The position numbers and the translations under genes were made by a program. Shown in pieces: positions 12,247 to 22,612 of a stretch of 64,000 nucleotides of DNA; positions within the stretch are counted from its first letter, which is position 1; the number at the start of each line of letters is the position of its first letter. The stretch comes from Cellvibrionales bacterium (GTDB lineage: Bacteria; Pseudomonadota; Gammaproteobacteria; Pseudomonadales; UBA7434): the NCBI GenBank assembly GCA_041941365.1, contig JBGTQK010000003.1:7772-71771 (forward strand), written 5' to 3'. Below the pieces are notes generated by a model that made no database searches, had not been told where the DNA came from, and saw only the letters and a program-made list of their open reading frames with translations.

Positions 12247-12272
12247 TTAGAGTGCTAATCTTTTAATAGTTC
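12247..12272 (-). promoter_or_regulatory. Candidate sigma-E (RpoE)-type promoter upstream of rpoH
   Basis: The minus strand reads TTGAACTA-N15-TCTAA, compared with E. coli rpoH P3 TTGAACTT-N16-TCTGA. It lies about 105 nt upstream of the rpoH ATG. Confidence 0.4.
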
Positions 12273-12365
12273 AACAGGGTTTAATGAAAATTATGAAAAG
12301 CTGCTTTAAATTCGCCTAAATGTTGATAAAAGTAGCTATCTGAGCAAAATCTTGAACAAAAATAA

Positions 12366-13394
12366 TTAATTAGGTTCGACAGTTTTGAGGTGCTGATTGC
12401 ATATTATCCAGGCACCAATCAGGCTGAGTAGACAGCAAATGGCCAAAACGATCAAAATTTCAGCTAAAGAAAGACCTGATATGCTGATACTGGCCGAATA
12501 AGCCTGGCTTAAAGGAATGACAATGCTTTTTAGTGCGAGCAGGCTGGCGTTGACAAAAAATAACGAGAGAATACCGCTGAGCAGACCGATCCATAAACCC
12601 ATATAAAGGAATGGCCTTCGGATAAAACTGTCTGTGGCCCCCGTAAGTTTGCAAACAATAATTTCTTCTCGCCGGTTTTCAATTGCAACTTTTATTGTAT
12701 TGGCTACTAATGCAATTAATCCAAGTCCAAGTAGCGTGGCAATATACTGCGTAATTTGATTGCCAACTGTGACAGTAGCTTCTGCTTTTTCGAACCATTC
12801 AGTATTAAATTTTACTTCATTAACAAAAGGGATATCTGAAGCGCGTTGTGAAAGAGCGGATGCGGTATCATTGATATTGCCTGAAAAGTTCTTCTCCTTA
12901 CTGAGAGTAATAATAATAGCGTTAGGAAGTGGGTTGGATGGCAAGTTTGATGCGATATCGGCAAGTTCGGGATGAGCTGATAGTTCGGTAAGTGCATCAT
13001 TTGAAGAAACAAATTCAGATTGTTTTACGCCATGCCAGTTAAGAATATCTTTGCTTAGTGATTTTGCTTTTTCTATTTCAGTGTTTTCATGTAAAAACAG
13101 AGTTACCTCCAAACCTGTATCACTATAGGATGCCCAGACTTTGAGGTTTTTTACGGCAATGAATAATAACAATGGAAGAGTTATGGCAATCGCTAATACA
13201 GTGGTAGTAATTGCAAAGCTAAAAGGCTTTTTTGTTAGATGACGCAAGCTGTGTTTGGCTTCGCGCTGATGTAAACGAAACCAGCTGTTGAACTGAGTGC
13301 TTGAACTCGTGTCTTGAGATGAGGCGCCAGCTCTAGCATTTTTTGTAGAATTATTTTTGGAAGTACTGTTTTTAGAAAGGTTACGATTATTCAT
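12366..13394 (-). CDS. ftsX: Cell-division ABC transporter permease FtsX
   Basis: 342 aa with 4 TM segments and a periplasmic loop. It overlaps the ftsE stop by 1 nt and sits in the ftsYEX operon context. Confidence 0.9.
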   Translation of the reverse strand: MNNRNLSKNSTSKNNSTKNARAGASSQDTSSSTQFNSWFRLHQREAKHSLRHLTKKPFSFAITTTVLAIAITLPLLLFIAVKNLKVWASYSDTGLEVTLFLHENTEIEKAKSLSKDILNWHGVKQSEFVSSNDALTELSAHPELADIASNLPSNPLPNAIIITLSKEKNFSGNINDTASALSQRASDIPFVNEVKFNTEWFEKAEATVTVGNQITQYIATLLGLGLIALVANTIKVAIENRREEIIVCKLTGATDSFIRRPFLYMGLWIGLLSGILSLFFVNASLLALKSIVIPLSQAYSASISISGLSLAEILIVLAICCLLSLIGAWIICNQHLKTVEPN

Positions 13395-14047
13395 TAACTT
13401 CTGATAAGTTGGCCTTTACGAAGGATGAGTGAGCGATGAGGCATTTGCGCGATTAATGCCAGATCATGTGTTGCAATGAGAACAGTGACTCCAACACCAT
13501 TAAAGTCTTTGAACAATTGCATGATTTCGCTACTGAGTTCAGGGTCTAGGTTACCTGTGGGCTCATCGGCTAATAATATGGCGGGCTTATTTACAACAGC
13601 GCGAGCAATGCCGACACGTTGTTGTTCGCCACCAGAAAGTACGGCCGGATTTAGTTTTTCTTTGTTGAGCAGGCCAACTTTATCCAGGGCAGCTCTTACT
13701 CTTTTTTCGATATCGCGCTCTGGATAACCGCTAACTATTAAAGGTAGAGCAACGTTATCAAACACATTCCTATCAAAAAGCAATTGGTGATTCTGGTGCA
13801 CAAAGCCTATTTTCCGTCTTAGATAAGGAACTTGTGAGCGAGTTAATGCCGAAAGAATCAGGTTATCGATAACAACCTTACCTTCGCTGGGTTGCTCCAT
13901 ACGCATGATCAATTTTAAAAGTGTGCTTTTTCCAGCGCCCGAGTGCCCGGTTAAAAAAGCCATTTCCCCATTGTTAAGAGAGAAACTGACGCTATCTAAC
14001 GCCTGATGCGATGTATATCTTTTTGAAACACTTTCAAAAGTTATCAT
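13394..14047 (-). CDS. ftsE: Cell-division ATP-binding protein FtsE
   Basis: Walker [13 protein letters not shown] signature LSGGEQQRV and Walker B ILLADEP are present. Confidence 0.93.
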   Translation of the reverse strand: MITFESVSKRYTSHQALDSVSFSLNNGEMAFLTGHSGAGKSTLLKLIMRMEQPSEGKVVIDNLILSALTRSQVPYLRRKIGFVHQNHQLLFDRNVFDNVALPLIVSGYPERDIEKRVRAALDKVGLLNKEKLNPAVLSGGEQQRVGIARAVVNKPAILLADEPTGNLDPELSSEIMQLFKDFNGVGVTVLIATHDLALIAQMPHRSLILRKGQLIRS

Positions 14048-14129
14048 GATTTAAAGTGACTACACAGAGGTAATCATTCTCTGCAAAAAAAACTTGTTTT
14101 GTATTGTTTGATTTAGCTCTCATTGAATC

Positions 14130-15200
14130 CTAATATTGATCAAACAGGGCATCAACAAACTCTGTCGGGTTGAAGGGGCGAAGGTCTTCGACTTTTTCCC
14201 CGACGCCAATAAATCGAATAGGTAAATTCAATTGGTCTTTAATGGCGAAGAGTATGCCGCCTTTTGCAGTTCCGTCAAGTTTGGTCACGGCAATACCTGT
14301 AACACCAACAGCTTCACCAAAAGTTTTAGCTTGTGCTATTGCATTTTGTCCTGTTGTCGCATCGAGAACCAATAATACTTCTTGTGGAGCTTCCTGATCA
14401 ATTTTTTTCAATACTCTAACAACTTTTTTAAGCTCATCCATTAAATTATCTTTGTTATGGAGCCTTCCTGCGGTATCAGCAATTAGAATATCCTGGTTTT
14501 TAGAGGCGGCTGACTGTAATGCATCGTAGAGAACGGAGGCACTATCAGCTCCAGTATGTTGCGCGATAACAGGTACATTATTTCGTTCGCCCCAAACCTG
14601 TAATTGCTCAACGGCTGCTGCCCGAAATGTGTCACCTGCTGCCAAAACAACCGAGCGAGAATCATTTTGGAATTTCTTAGCAAGCTTGCCAATAGTTGTT
14701 GTTTTACCGACGCCGTTTACCCCAACTACTAAAATAACAAAAGGCTTGTTGTTTTTGGAAATTGATAAGGCCTGGTTATCTTCTCCCAGAATATTTTTTA
14801 ATTCAGATTTTAGTTGTTCATAGAGTGCATCGGAATCGGTTAAAGCATCTCTTTCTATGGCTGAAGTTAACTGATTAATAATCTTTTGTGTAGTGTCTAC
14901 GCCAACATCAGCAATTAATAGTTGTGTCTCGATGTCTTCAAGCAGTTCATCGTCAATTTCTTTTTTTCCAAGTAGTATTTGACCTAGATTACTGCCGAAG
15001 TTGTCGCCGGTTTTTTTAAGTTTATCGGCCAGGCGATTAAACAAACCAGGTTTTTTTTGTTGCTTGTCTTCTGTAGCTGTAGCAGTATTTAATTCTTCAG
15101 TTTCTTTGGAGTTTTGATCCTCCTGGTCTGAAGTTGGAACTGTTTCAGTGTTTTTATTTTCAGTTTTCTTAGAGCGTTTAAAGAATAAGGCCATAATCAA
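14130..15200 (-). CDS. ftsY: Signal recognition particle receptor FtsY
   Basis: An acidic N-terminal A domain precedes the NG domain (GVNGVGKTTTIGKLA, DTAGR, TKLDGTAKGG). Confidence 0.93.
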   Translation of the reverse strand: MIMALFFKRSKKTENKNTETVPTSDQEDQNSKETEELNTATATEDKQQKKPGLFNRLADKLKKTGDNFGSNLGQILLGKKEIDDELLEDIETQLLIADVGVDTTQKIINQLTSAIERDALTDSDALYEQLKSELKNILGEDNQALSISKNNKPFVILVVGVNGVGKTTTIGKLAKKFQNDSRSVVLAAGDTFRAAAVEQLQVWGERNNVPVIAQHTGADSASVLYDALQSAASKNQDILIADTAGRLHNKDNLMDELKKVVRVLKKIDQEAPQEVLLVLDATTGQNAIAQAKTFGEAVGVTGIAVTKLDGTAKGGILFAIKDQLNLPIRFIGVGEKVEDLRPFNPTEFVDALFDQY

Positions 15201-15358
15201 TGATGGGTAAAAAGATGGATACTGTCCGATTAGAATAGAAAGAGTAAAACTAAAAAATCCAGTTTGGTTACAATAGATAAAAAAGCATTATAGCGCTGAT
15301 TCTTATTAATATGGGGGTGCATACTCCCGCTCAAATTAATGTAATAAGTAGAGAGTTT

Positions 15359-15940
15359 ATGGGTGACAGAGTACAGAATCAGGTTCGGATCATATCGGGA
15401 TCACTACGTGGCAGTAAACTTAAATTTGCCAATGCCGAGGGATTACGCCCAACATCAGATCGTGTCAGGGAAACAGTATTCAATTGGCTGGCAACTGATA
15501 TCGTTGGAGCCAGGTGTTTGGATTTGTTTACCGGTTCAGGCGCTTTGGCGGTTGAAGCATATTCCAGAGGTGCAGATAATGTGCTTGCGCTGGAAAAAAA
15601 TTCGGTGGTTGCAAGCGTTCTTAAGAATGAACTTGAGCGGCTAGCAGTATCGTCTATTCGATTAGAAGTTACAGATGCAATAAACTGGCTTGAATCCCGG
15701 CATAAAATGTCTTTCGACCTGGTGTTTATCGATCCTCCATTCTCTGAAAATCTTATGAGTGACGTAGTTTTAGGTCTTGAAAATAATGATTTGCTGGCTG
15801 ACGATGCCAAAGTATATTTAGAGATGCCGTTGACAAGTGAATTGCCGAAACTGCCTGTAAACTGGTCAATAAAAAAGGATAAGCAAGCCGGAAATGTAAG
15901 GTATATTTTATGTGATAGGAAGGTTTTAAGTGAAGATTAG
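15359..15940 (+). CDS. rsmD: 16S rRNA (guanine966-N2)-methyltransferase
   Basis: Collinear with E. coli RsmD (RIISG..RG.KL, LRPTSDRVRETVFNWL, FTGSGALAVEA, FIDPPF). The ORF opens at 15311. The ATG at 15359 matches homolog N-termini and has a GAGAG Shine-Dalgarno. Confidence 0.85.
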   Translation: MGDRVQNQVRIISGSLRGSKLKFANAEGLRPTSDRVRETVFNWLATDIVGARCLDLFTGSGALAVEAYSRGADNVLALEKNSVVASVLKNELERLAVSSIRLEVTDAINWLESRHKMSFDLVFIDPPFSENLMSDVVLGLENNDLLADDAKVYLEMPLTSELPKLPVNWSIKKDKQAGNVRYILCDRKVLSED

Positions 15941-16037
15941 AATCGTTCTGGCTTGAAGACAAAGGCTTTTCAGGTTAGGATCGCTCACCAATTTGCGAGT
16001 TTGAAACATATATTAAGCTGATCAAGAAGTTCAAGAA

Positions 16038-16517
16038 ATGCCTTCAATTGTTTATCCTGGTACCTTTGACCCACTTACTACTGGACATGTTGACCTTGTA
16101 GAAAGAGCATGCCGCCTGTTCGATAAAGTCACAGTCGCAGTTGCTGAAAACAGCAAAAAGAAACCGATGTTTACAGTGGATGAAAGGGTCGAGATGGCGG
16201 CTGAGTCCCTTAAACATCTAGAGAATGTTGTCGTCGTGGGTTTTAATAAACTCTTGACTCACTTTCTGGAAGATCTAGGTGAGCAAATCGTATTGCGCGG
16301 AATACGCGCAGTATCTGATTTTGAATATGAGTTTCAATTGGCCAATATGAATCGGGCAATGAAAGCAGATTTTGAAACAGTGTTTTTAACGCCGGCAGAT
16401 AATTTAACATTCATTTCTTCGACTTTAGTGCGTGAAATAGCTTCATTAAACGGCGATGTTTCCAAATTTGTACCTTTGCCTGTTTTAGAAGCTATTCAGC
16501 AAAAACAAAGTCAATGA
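16038..16517 (+). CDS. coaD: Phosphopantetheine adenylyltransferase
   Basis: The N-terminus [16 protein letters not shown] and the ISSTLVRE motif are present. It follows rsmD, as in many gammaproteobacteria. Confidence 0.93.
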   Translation: MPSIVYPGTFDPLTTGHVDLVERACRLFDKVTVAVAENSKKKPMFTVDERVEMAAESLKHLENVVVVGFNKLLTHFLEDLGEQIVLRGIRAVSDFEYEFQLANMNRAMKADFETVFLTPADNLTFISSTLVREIASLNGDVSKFVPLPVLEAIQQKQSQ

Positions 16518-18355
16518 TTAAAAAATTGATTGCCCCACAAAAAAAAATTCATTCTATATTTCTGGCGGTTGTATCTGTTTTTCTTGTTTCTTGTAATCCA
16601 ATCAAAAATACAGATTTCCGATTAACACCTGAACCAAGCAGTGCTATTAATTTTAAAAACAAAAGCGCAACAGGTGAAGCTGTTGTAGTTACAGCCAATC
16701 CATATGCCAGCCACGCAGCCCTGGATATCATTAGTAGTGGTGGGAACGCTATAGATGCAACAATTGCAGCTCAACTTGTACTGGGCTTGGTTGAACCTCA
16801 GTCATCGGGTTTGGGTGGAGGTGGTTTTATGTTGTTGTGGGATGCAAAGCAGCAAAAACTGGTATCTATCGATGGTCGCGAAACGGCGCCATCAACGGCA
16901 GATGATTCCCTTTTTCTAAAAAAAGCGGATAAGAAGGAAAAAGAACCCATGGGGTTTTTTGAGGCTGTCATTGGTGGGCGTAGCGTTGGGGCACCTGGTT
17001 TGGTTGCAATGTTAAAAGAGGCTCATGATAAACACGGTAAGATGGATTGGTCATTGCTTTTTGAAAGCGCGATTGCTTTGGCCGATGAGGGCTTTTTAAT
17101 TTCTGAGCGATTAAATACATTACTGACAAATGTGCCCGCAGTCACTGCCAGATCTGAAATGGCAGATTACTTTTTTGACAAGAGTGAGAATGGGTATGAG
17201 CCAAAAGAAATAGGTACGGTGCTTGTCAATAAAGAATATGCTAATGTGTTAAGAGTGCTTTCAAGACAACCAATAAAATCTTTTTATTCTGGAAAGATTG
17301 CTAAAGATATTATTCAAAAAACTTCGAGTGATTCTAACAAGGGTCTTTTGTCGGAAGATGATCTTGCAAACTACAAAATAAGATATAGAAAGCCTTTATG
17401 TAAAAAAGTTTTTAACTATAAATTTTGTGGTATGGGGCCGCCTTCTTCAGGTGGTTCGACAGTGCTAAGTATTTTAATGACGCTTGAAAGTTTGCAGGAT
17501 AATGGAGAAATAGATTATAAACTTTTTCAAAACCAGCGTGTAACCGATGAAGTATTACTCTCGCATATTTTTATCGAGGCTTCACGCTTGGCATTCGCTG
17601 ACCGTAATACCTATATCGCCGACCCGGACTACGTTGAAGTGCCTGTTGATAAACTATTAAGCAATCTTTATATAACAGCTCGTGCCAACATGATCAAGCT
17701 AAATAAACGTATTGATAGAGTTGTTGCAGGGGATATATCTGAATATCTGGGATTAAAATACCATACTGTTGAGGCGTTAGAGCTTGAGTCTACCACACAT
17801 TTAAGTGTTAGGGATTTAGAGGGAAATATCGTCAGTATGACAACAAGCATTGAAACTGCTTTCGGCTCAAGGCTGATGACAAACGGTTTTATTTTAAATA
17901 ATCAATTAACAGATTTTTCTTTTAAACCAGTGAACGATGGTTATGGTTTGGTTGCTAATAGGGTAGAACCTGGGAAAAGACCAACCAGCTCTATGTCACC
18001 GATGATTGTTTTTGATGCTGAAAATAATCCCATTATGGCAATTGGATCGCCAGGAGGGAGAAGCATTATAGGATATGTAGCTAAAGTATTATTTGAAACT
18101 TTAGTTTTGAATAATGAGCTAGAGGAAGCAGTGGGTTCGTCACATATTGTTGATAGTGGTTCACGTTTGAAAATAGAAGATTCAGCGGATAAAAATTTGA
18201 TAAATGCGTTAAATGCGCTAAAGCATCCAGTCACTACAGGCGCACAAACGAGTGGGCTTCATGTTATTCAAAGGAATAAAACAAAAGCCTGGGATGGTGT
18301 TGCTGACCCACGTCGTGAAGGGGTGGCTTTGGCTATACCAAAGCTGACGCCTTAG
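16514..18355 (+). CDS. ggt: Gamma-glutamyltransferase (lipoprotein-type signal)
   Basis: 613 aa. It has the lipobox FLVSC, the GGGGFML motif and the autoprocessing Thr context ESTTHLSV. An ATGA overlap joins it to coaD. Confidence 0.88.
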   Translation: MIKKLIAPQKKIHSIFLAVVSVFLVSCNPIKNTDFRLTPEPSSAINFKNKSATGEAVVVTANPYASHAALDIISSGGNAIDATIAAQLVLGLVEPQSSGLGGGGFMLLWDAKQQKLVSIDGRETAPSTADDSLFLKKADKKEKEPMGFFEAVIGGRSVGAPGLVAMLKEAHDKHGKMDWSLLFESAIALADEGFLISERLNTLLTNVPAVTARSEMADYFFDKSENGYEPKEIGTVLVNKEYANVLRVLSRQPIKSFYSGKIAKDIIQKTSSDSNKGLLSEDDLANYKIRYRKPLCKKVFNYKFCGMGPPSSGGSTVLSILMTLESLQDNGEIDYKLFQNQRVTDEVLLSHIFIEASRLAFADRNTYIADPDYVEVPVDKLLSNLYITARANMIKLNKRIDRVVAGDISEYLGLKYHTVEALELESTTHLSVRDLEGNIVSMTTSIETAFGSRLMTNGFILNNQLTDFSFKPVNDGYGLVANRVEPGKRPTSSMSPMIVFDAENNPIMAIGSPGGRSIIGYVAKVLFETLVLNNELEEAVGSSHIVDSGSRLKIEDSADKNLINALNALKHPVTTGAQTSGLHVIQRNKTKAWDGVADPRREGVALAIPKLTP

Positions 18356-18386
18356 CATTGTTTTAATTAATCTAACGAGGTATTTT

Positions 18387-18821
18387 ATGGCTGAATCTAT
18401 CTGGTATGCAGAACCTAATGTAGAAGAGGCAAATACATATAATAAAAATACAGCTGTTGAGTCTTTAGGAATTAAAATAGTTGAGATAGGTCCAGATTTT
18501 ATTCGAGCGACTATGCCGGTCGATAAGCGCACTGTACAGCCGTTTGGGCTTTTACATGGAGGTGCGAATGTCTTGTTAGCAGAAACGGTAGCAAGTCTTG
18601 GTGCAAATATGCTGGTCGACCCAACTAAATACTATTGTGTTGGTCTGGAAATTAATGCTAACCATCTTAAAAGTATTACTAGTGGGTATGCTACAGCTAT
18701 TGGCCGCCCAATTCACTATGGACGAACGTCTCAGGTTTGGCAGATACATATCATTGATCAGGAAAAAAATATGACTTGTATCGCACGTATGACTGCAGCG
18801 GTGCTTGAGAGAAAGGCTTAG
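18387..18821 (+). CDS. PaaI/YdiI-family hotdog-fold thioesterase
   Basis: 144 aa. The motif QPFGLLHGGANVLLAETVAS is typical of PaaI, EntH and YdiI thioesterases. Confidence 0.8.
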   Translation: MAESIWYAEPNVEEANTYNKNTAVESLGIKIVEIGPDFIRATMPVDKRTVQPFGLLHGGANVLLAETVASLGANMLVDPTKYYCVGLEINANHLKSITSGYATAIGRPIHYGRTSQVWQIHIIDQEKNMTCIARMTAAVLERKA

Positions 18822-18857
18822 TGTTAGTTTGAGGATTTTACTTTCTTTTGTCGCTTA

Positions 18858-19673
18858 TTATTGTTGACAAGAGGGGCAGTAATAGCTGGCTCGTTGTCCA
18901 ATAACAATGGTTTTTATTGCGGTATCACAAACAAAGCAAGGTTCATTTTTTCTGCCATACACTCTCAATGTTTGTTGAAAGTAACCAGGCTTTCCATCTG
19001 CATTGACAAAGTCATTGAGAGTGCTACCCCCCAATTCAATTGAATGTTCTAACACTTTTTGAATGTTATTCAGTAGTTCTTTAAATTCCTTTCGGGTCAC
19101 TTTTCCGGCTTGGCGAGTTGGTCTGATACCGCTTAAGAAAAGAGATTCGTTGGCGTAAATGTTACCAACGCCAACAATAATATGGTTATCCATAATAAAA
19201 TTTTTTATAGAGCAGGTTCTTTTACGAGACTTCTTAAAGAGAATTTCAGGGTCAGCTTCTTTCTTGAGAGGTTCGAACCCTAATTTATTCAGTAATTTGT
19301 GTTCATAGGGTTTGTCACCTAACCAAAGTGCACAGCCAAATCTACGTGGATCATTAAATCGCATATGCTTGTTCTCAGGCAGAGAAAAAACAATATGATC
19401 ATGTTTGAGCATACCTTCTTTAGCATGGGTTATGCGTAGGCTGCCCGACATACCTAAATGCATTAGGAAATATCCTTTTTGATTTTCGAATAATAGATAC
19501 TTTGCTCGCCTTTCTATTTTTTTAATGCTTGAGCCTGCAACATTCTGTTGAAAGCTATTGTCGACTTCCCATCGCAAATGTTTATTAAATACATCGACTT
19601 TATGGATTTTTTTCCCAATAAGGTGGGGGGAGATACCACGCCTGGTTGTTTCAACTTCGGGAAGTTCGGGCAT
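18858..19673 (-). CDS. mutM: Formamidopyrimidine-DNA glycosylase
   Basis: The start is set at MPELPEVE because the N-terminal Pro is the catalytic nucleophile of Fpg; the ORF itself extends 15 codons further upstream. H2TH and a C-terminal zinc finger (C..C...C..C) are present. Confidence 0.92.
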   Translation of the reverse strand: MPELPEVETTRRGISPHLIGKKIHKVDVFNKHLRWEVDNSFQQNVAGSSIKKIERRAKYLLFENQKGYFLMHLGMSGSLRITHAKEGMLKHDHIVFSLPENKHMRFNDPRRFGCALWLGDKPYEHKLLNKLGFEPLKKEADPEILFKKSRKRTCSIKNFIMDNHIIVGVGNIYANESLFLSGIRPTRQAGKVTRKEFKELLNNIQKVLEHSIELGGSTLNDFVNADGKPGYFQQTLRVYGRKNEPCFVCDTAIKTIVIGQRASYYCPSCQQ

Positions 19674-19720
19674 TAGTTTTAACTCAATTTTTTCAATAAT
19701 GTTTTTGTTATTAAACACTA

Positions 19721-19749
19721 AAAAGCCCGCTGTTTAGGCGGGCTTTTTA
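19721..19749 (-). terminator. Rho-independent terminator after rpmG (symmetric, potentially bidirectional)
   Basis: AAAAAGCCCGC-TGTTTAG-GCGGGCTTTTT: a 6-bp GC stem flanked by an A-run and a T-run. It lies 28 nt downstream of the rpmG stop. Confidence 0.7.
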
Positions 19750-19776
19750 GTAATTAAGAACCAGAAGATAAAAAGC

Positions 19777-19932
19777 TTATTTTATTTTGCCTTCTTTATA
19801 CATTACATGCTTGCGAACAACGGGATCAAATTTTTTGATCTCCATCTTTTCTGGCATATTACGTTTGTTTTTATCAGTCGTATAAAAGTGACCAGTGCCA
19901 GCTGATGAATTTAAGCGAATTTTCTCTCTCAT
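19777..19932 (-). CDS. rpmG: 50S ribosomal protein L33
   Basis: The 51-aa product [51 protein letters not shown] is L33. The longer track ORF is an upstream extension. Confidence 0.93.
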   Translation of the reverse strand: MREKIRLNSSAGTGHFYTTDKNKRNMPEKMEIKKFDPVVRKHVMYKEGKIK

Positions 19933-20014
19933 GATTAAATCCTGATATTTAAGCTTTGTTAGATATAAGTATAGTTTAGCCTTTGGTGGCAATATGTGAT
20001 GAAAAGGCCAAAAG

Positions 20015-20251
20015 CTAAACAGTCTCTCCGCGGGCGCGAAGTTCAGCAACAATAGTTTCTATACCTTTCTTGTCGATAATTCGCATACCTTTTGATGAAA
20101 CACGCAGAGTGACAAAACGTTTTTCATTTTCTAACCAGAAGCGATGTCTGTGTAGATTGGGTAAAAAGCGACGCTTTGTACGATTTTTTGCGTGCGACAC
20201 ATTATTTCCAGTAACTGGTCGCTTGCCGGTTACTTGGCAAACCTTGGACAT
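20015..20251 (-). CDS. rpmB: 50S ribosomal protein L28
   Basis: The 78-aa product [33 protein letters not shown]... is L28. Confidence 0.93.
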   Translation of the reverse strand: MSKVCQVTGKRPVTGNNVSHAKNRTKRRFLPNLHRHRFWLENEKRFVTLRVSSKGMRIIDKKGIETIVAELRARGETV

Positions 20252-20384
20252 AGTCTTTCTCCACATGCCAAATGACTGATATTAAAGTGTTTTTTTAAAA
20301 AAGCACTCCATTAAAATCTTCGCCAGCTTCCAATAATCCTGCAAAATGGCAGTGATATATTTTTGCTTGCGAAAAAGAGCGCGC

Positions 20385-20413
20385 TTTATATCAAAAGCAC
20401 GCTTTTAGTTCAA
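20385..20413 (-). promoter_or_regulatory. Candidate sigma-70 promoter for rpmB-rpmG
   Basis: The minus strand reads TTGAAC-N17-TATAAA. It lies about 130 nt upstream of the rpmB ATG. Confidence 0.45.
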
Positions 20414-20436
20414 GGTTTCTTTGCATAAGTCGATGT

Positions 20437-21111
20437 TTAAATCATACCTAACTCTGTCATTGAGACGGTTCCTTGTGAAGAAACAATGACATGATCAAAG
20501 ACACGAATATCAACCGTATTAAGCGCTTCTATCAGGTCCTTTGTTATTTTTTGGTCGGCGTTACTAGGGGCTAGTGAGCCAGAAGGGTGATTATGGGCAA
20601 ATATAACGGCAGCGGCATTTTCAAAAAGACAGGCTTTGACGACCTCTCTTGGATAGATGCTGGCGCTATCAATGGTTCCGCTGGCCAGAATCTGTTCGCC
20701 GATAATTTCATTCCTGTTATTTAAAAACAATACAAAAAATAATTCTTTATCAGATTGTGATAGCCTTGCTTTTAGATAGTGTTGCGTAATTTTCGTATTT
20801 TTGAGAACGTCCTTGCCGACAATTTCATCCAGCAAACAACGTTTAGCGATTTCCAGAATTGCTTGTAAGGTCGAGTATTTCGCAACACCTATACCAGGTG
20901 TTTGCATAAGTTCATCTTTTTGTGAATTGAGAAGCCCAGTGAGACTGCCAAACTTGTTGAGAAGCTCTCTGGCAATATCCATTGCGTTCTTGTCGTGGGT
21001 GCCAGTTCGAAGAAAAAGGGTGATTAATTCGGCGTCACTGAGATGTTCCGGACCTTTTCTGATAAGTTTTTCCCTGGGTTGCTCGCTTGTAGGCCAATCG
21101 CAAATACGCAT
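20437..21111 (-). CDS. radC: RadC-family (UPF0758) JAB/MPN-domain protein
   Basis: HhH-like N-terminus (LSDAELI..FLRTG) and the JAMM motif HNHPSG. The start is either 21111 (MRICDW) or 21123. Confidence 0.88.
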   Translation of the reverse strand: MRICDWPTSEQPREKLIRKGPEHLSDAELITLFLRTGTHDKNAMDIARELLNKFGSLTGLLNSQKDELMQTPGIGVAKYSTLQAILEIAKRCLLDEIVGKDVLKNTKITQHYLKARLSQSDKELFFVLFLNNRNEIIGEQILASGTIDSASIYPREVVKACLFENAAAVIFAHNHPSGSLAPSNADQKITKDLIEALNTVDIRVFDHVIVSSQGTVSMTELGMI

Positions 21112-21211
21112 AAAATCCTCCATGATTTGTAATTCCGTTTGATTAAGGTGCTGACCAGTCTACACGATTTTAGGCATATATTTTTAATTATCTCCATGTG
21201 GAAGAGTATTT

Positions 21212-22462
21212 ATGAAGACAGTTAGTGCTAGCTCACTTAATAATAAGCGTGTTTTGATAGGTGTGACAGGTGGGATAGCTGCCTACAAGACACCTGAGCT
21301 TGTTCGCAGGGTCAGAGACTATGGCGCTGAGGTTCGTGTAGTGATGACCAGAGGAGCTTGTGAATTCATTACACCGTTAACAATGCAGGCAGTTTCTGGA
21401 AATCCGGTGCATACTGAATTGCTTGATACAGAAGCTGAAGCAGGGATGGGCCATATTGAGTTGGCACGCTGGGCTGATTTAATCATTATTGCTCCTGCAA
21501 CAGCGGATGCGTTAGCGCGTTTTGCCAGTGGTCGTGGAGATGATTTGCTTTCAACATTATTGCTGGCTTCAGTTTCTCCCAAGTTATTGGCACCTGCTAT
21601 GAATCAGGCTATGTGGAGTAATGCAGCCAATCAGAAAAATGTGGCTGAGCTTGAGCGTCTGGGTTTTATTTCTGTTGGTCCGGCAACAGGTGGTCAAGCA
21701 TGTGGTGATGTCGGTTCAGGAAGAATGAGCGAGCCAATGGATATTGTTGATGCGGCATCAACATTATTTGAAACAGGTTCGCTTGCGGGGAAATATGTGC
21801 TTATCACAGCGGGTCCAACGCGAGAAGCATTAGATCCTGTTCGTTATATCAGTAATTATTCATCAGGCAAAATGGGTTTTGCATTAGCTAATGCAGCAGT
21901 GGAGGCAGGAGCAAAAGTAAAACTTATTGCAGGCCCCGTTAATTTGGAAACACCAGAGAAGGTGGAAAGAGAAAATGTACAAACAGCGCAAGAGATGCAC
22001 GATGCTGTTCATCAGAGCCTATCTCTTGCAGACATTGTCATAGCTACTGCTGCGGTAGCCGATTTCAGGCCGGCTGAGTGTGAAAACGAAAAGATAAAGA
22101 AAACAACAGAAGATAATGAAATGCTTCTACAGTTGGTTAAAAACCCCGATATTGTTGCCAGTATCAAACAAAGTAATTTTAATCCTTATGTTGTTGGATT
22201 TGCAGCTGAGACTAATGATATCAAGAAACATGCAAGGCAAAAGCTGGAGAGAAAAGGGTTAGAAATGATAGTGGCTAACGATGTGTCTCGTTCTGACATA
22301 GGATTTGGAAGTAACGATAACGAAGTGATTGTTTTTACGCAAAAAGATGAAATTGCGATACCAAGAAGTAATAAATCGGTATTAGCTAGACAGTTACTGG
22401 CCTTGATAGCAGAAAGAGCAGAAAGCTGGAAGTCAGATATTCTAATCAAAAATGAGTTTTAA
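21212..22462 (+). CDS. coaBC: Bifunctional phosphopantothenoylcysteine decarboxylase / phosphopantothenate-cysteine ligase
   Basis: 416 aa. A flavoprotein N-domain (VLIGVTGGIAAYK, PAMN) is joined to a CoaB C-domain (ITAGPTRE.LDPVR.ISN.SSGKMG). Confidence 0.93.
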   Translation: MKTVSASSLNNKRVLIGVTGGIAAYKTPELVRRVRDYGAEVRVVMTRGACEFITPLTMQAVSGNPVHTELLDTEAEAGMGHIELARWADLIIIAPATADALARFASGRGDDLLSTLLLASVSPKLLAPAMNQAMWSNAANQKNVAELERLGFISVGPATGGQACGDVGSGRMSEPMDIVDAASTLFETGSLAGKYVLITAGPTREALDPVRYISNYSSGKMGFALANAAVEAGAKVKLIAGPVNLETPEKVERENVQTAQEMHDAVHQSLSLADIVIATAAVADFRPAECENEKIKKTTEDNEMLLQLVKNPDIVASIKQSNFNPYVVGFAAETNDIKKHARQKLERKGLEMIVANDVSRSDIGFGSNDNEVIVFTQKDEIAIPRSNKSVLARQLLALIAERAESWKSDILIKNEF

Positions 22463-22612
22463 TGGCGGTATTTTGTTTTACTTTTCTAAAATAGATTCCA
22501 GAAAAGCTATAATCCACACTAAAGCAATATTTAAGGCCAGCATGAATTATTTTTATCAATAAAAAACTATGCTGAGTAGTATGAACTATCTATTAAATTA
22601 GAGGGGCCAATT

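Noticed and set aside
15379-15810. Long antisense or overlapping ORFs inside clear genes. Examples are 15379-15810 in rsmD, 48399-48830 and 42449-42826 in chpA/pilJ, 53679-54047 in the DUF1761 gene, 8347-8700 in the SNF transporter, and 28238-28579 in pyrE.
   Set aside because: Each one overlaps a gene with strong family motifs on the other strand or frame, and none shows recognisable protein features. I treat them all as frame shadows.
19261-19280. GGTTCGAACCC, a tRNA T-arm-like motif.
   Set aside because: It lies inside the mutM coding sequence, and no acceptor or anticodon stems can be drawn around it. I found no tRNA in the window.
19933-20014. The 82-nt gap between rpmB and rpmG with a weak GCCTTT...AAAGGC stem; I considered a regulatory leader.
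   Set aside because: The stem is only 6 bp with an 18-nt loop, and it has no covariation support.
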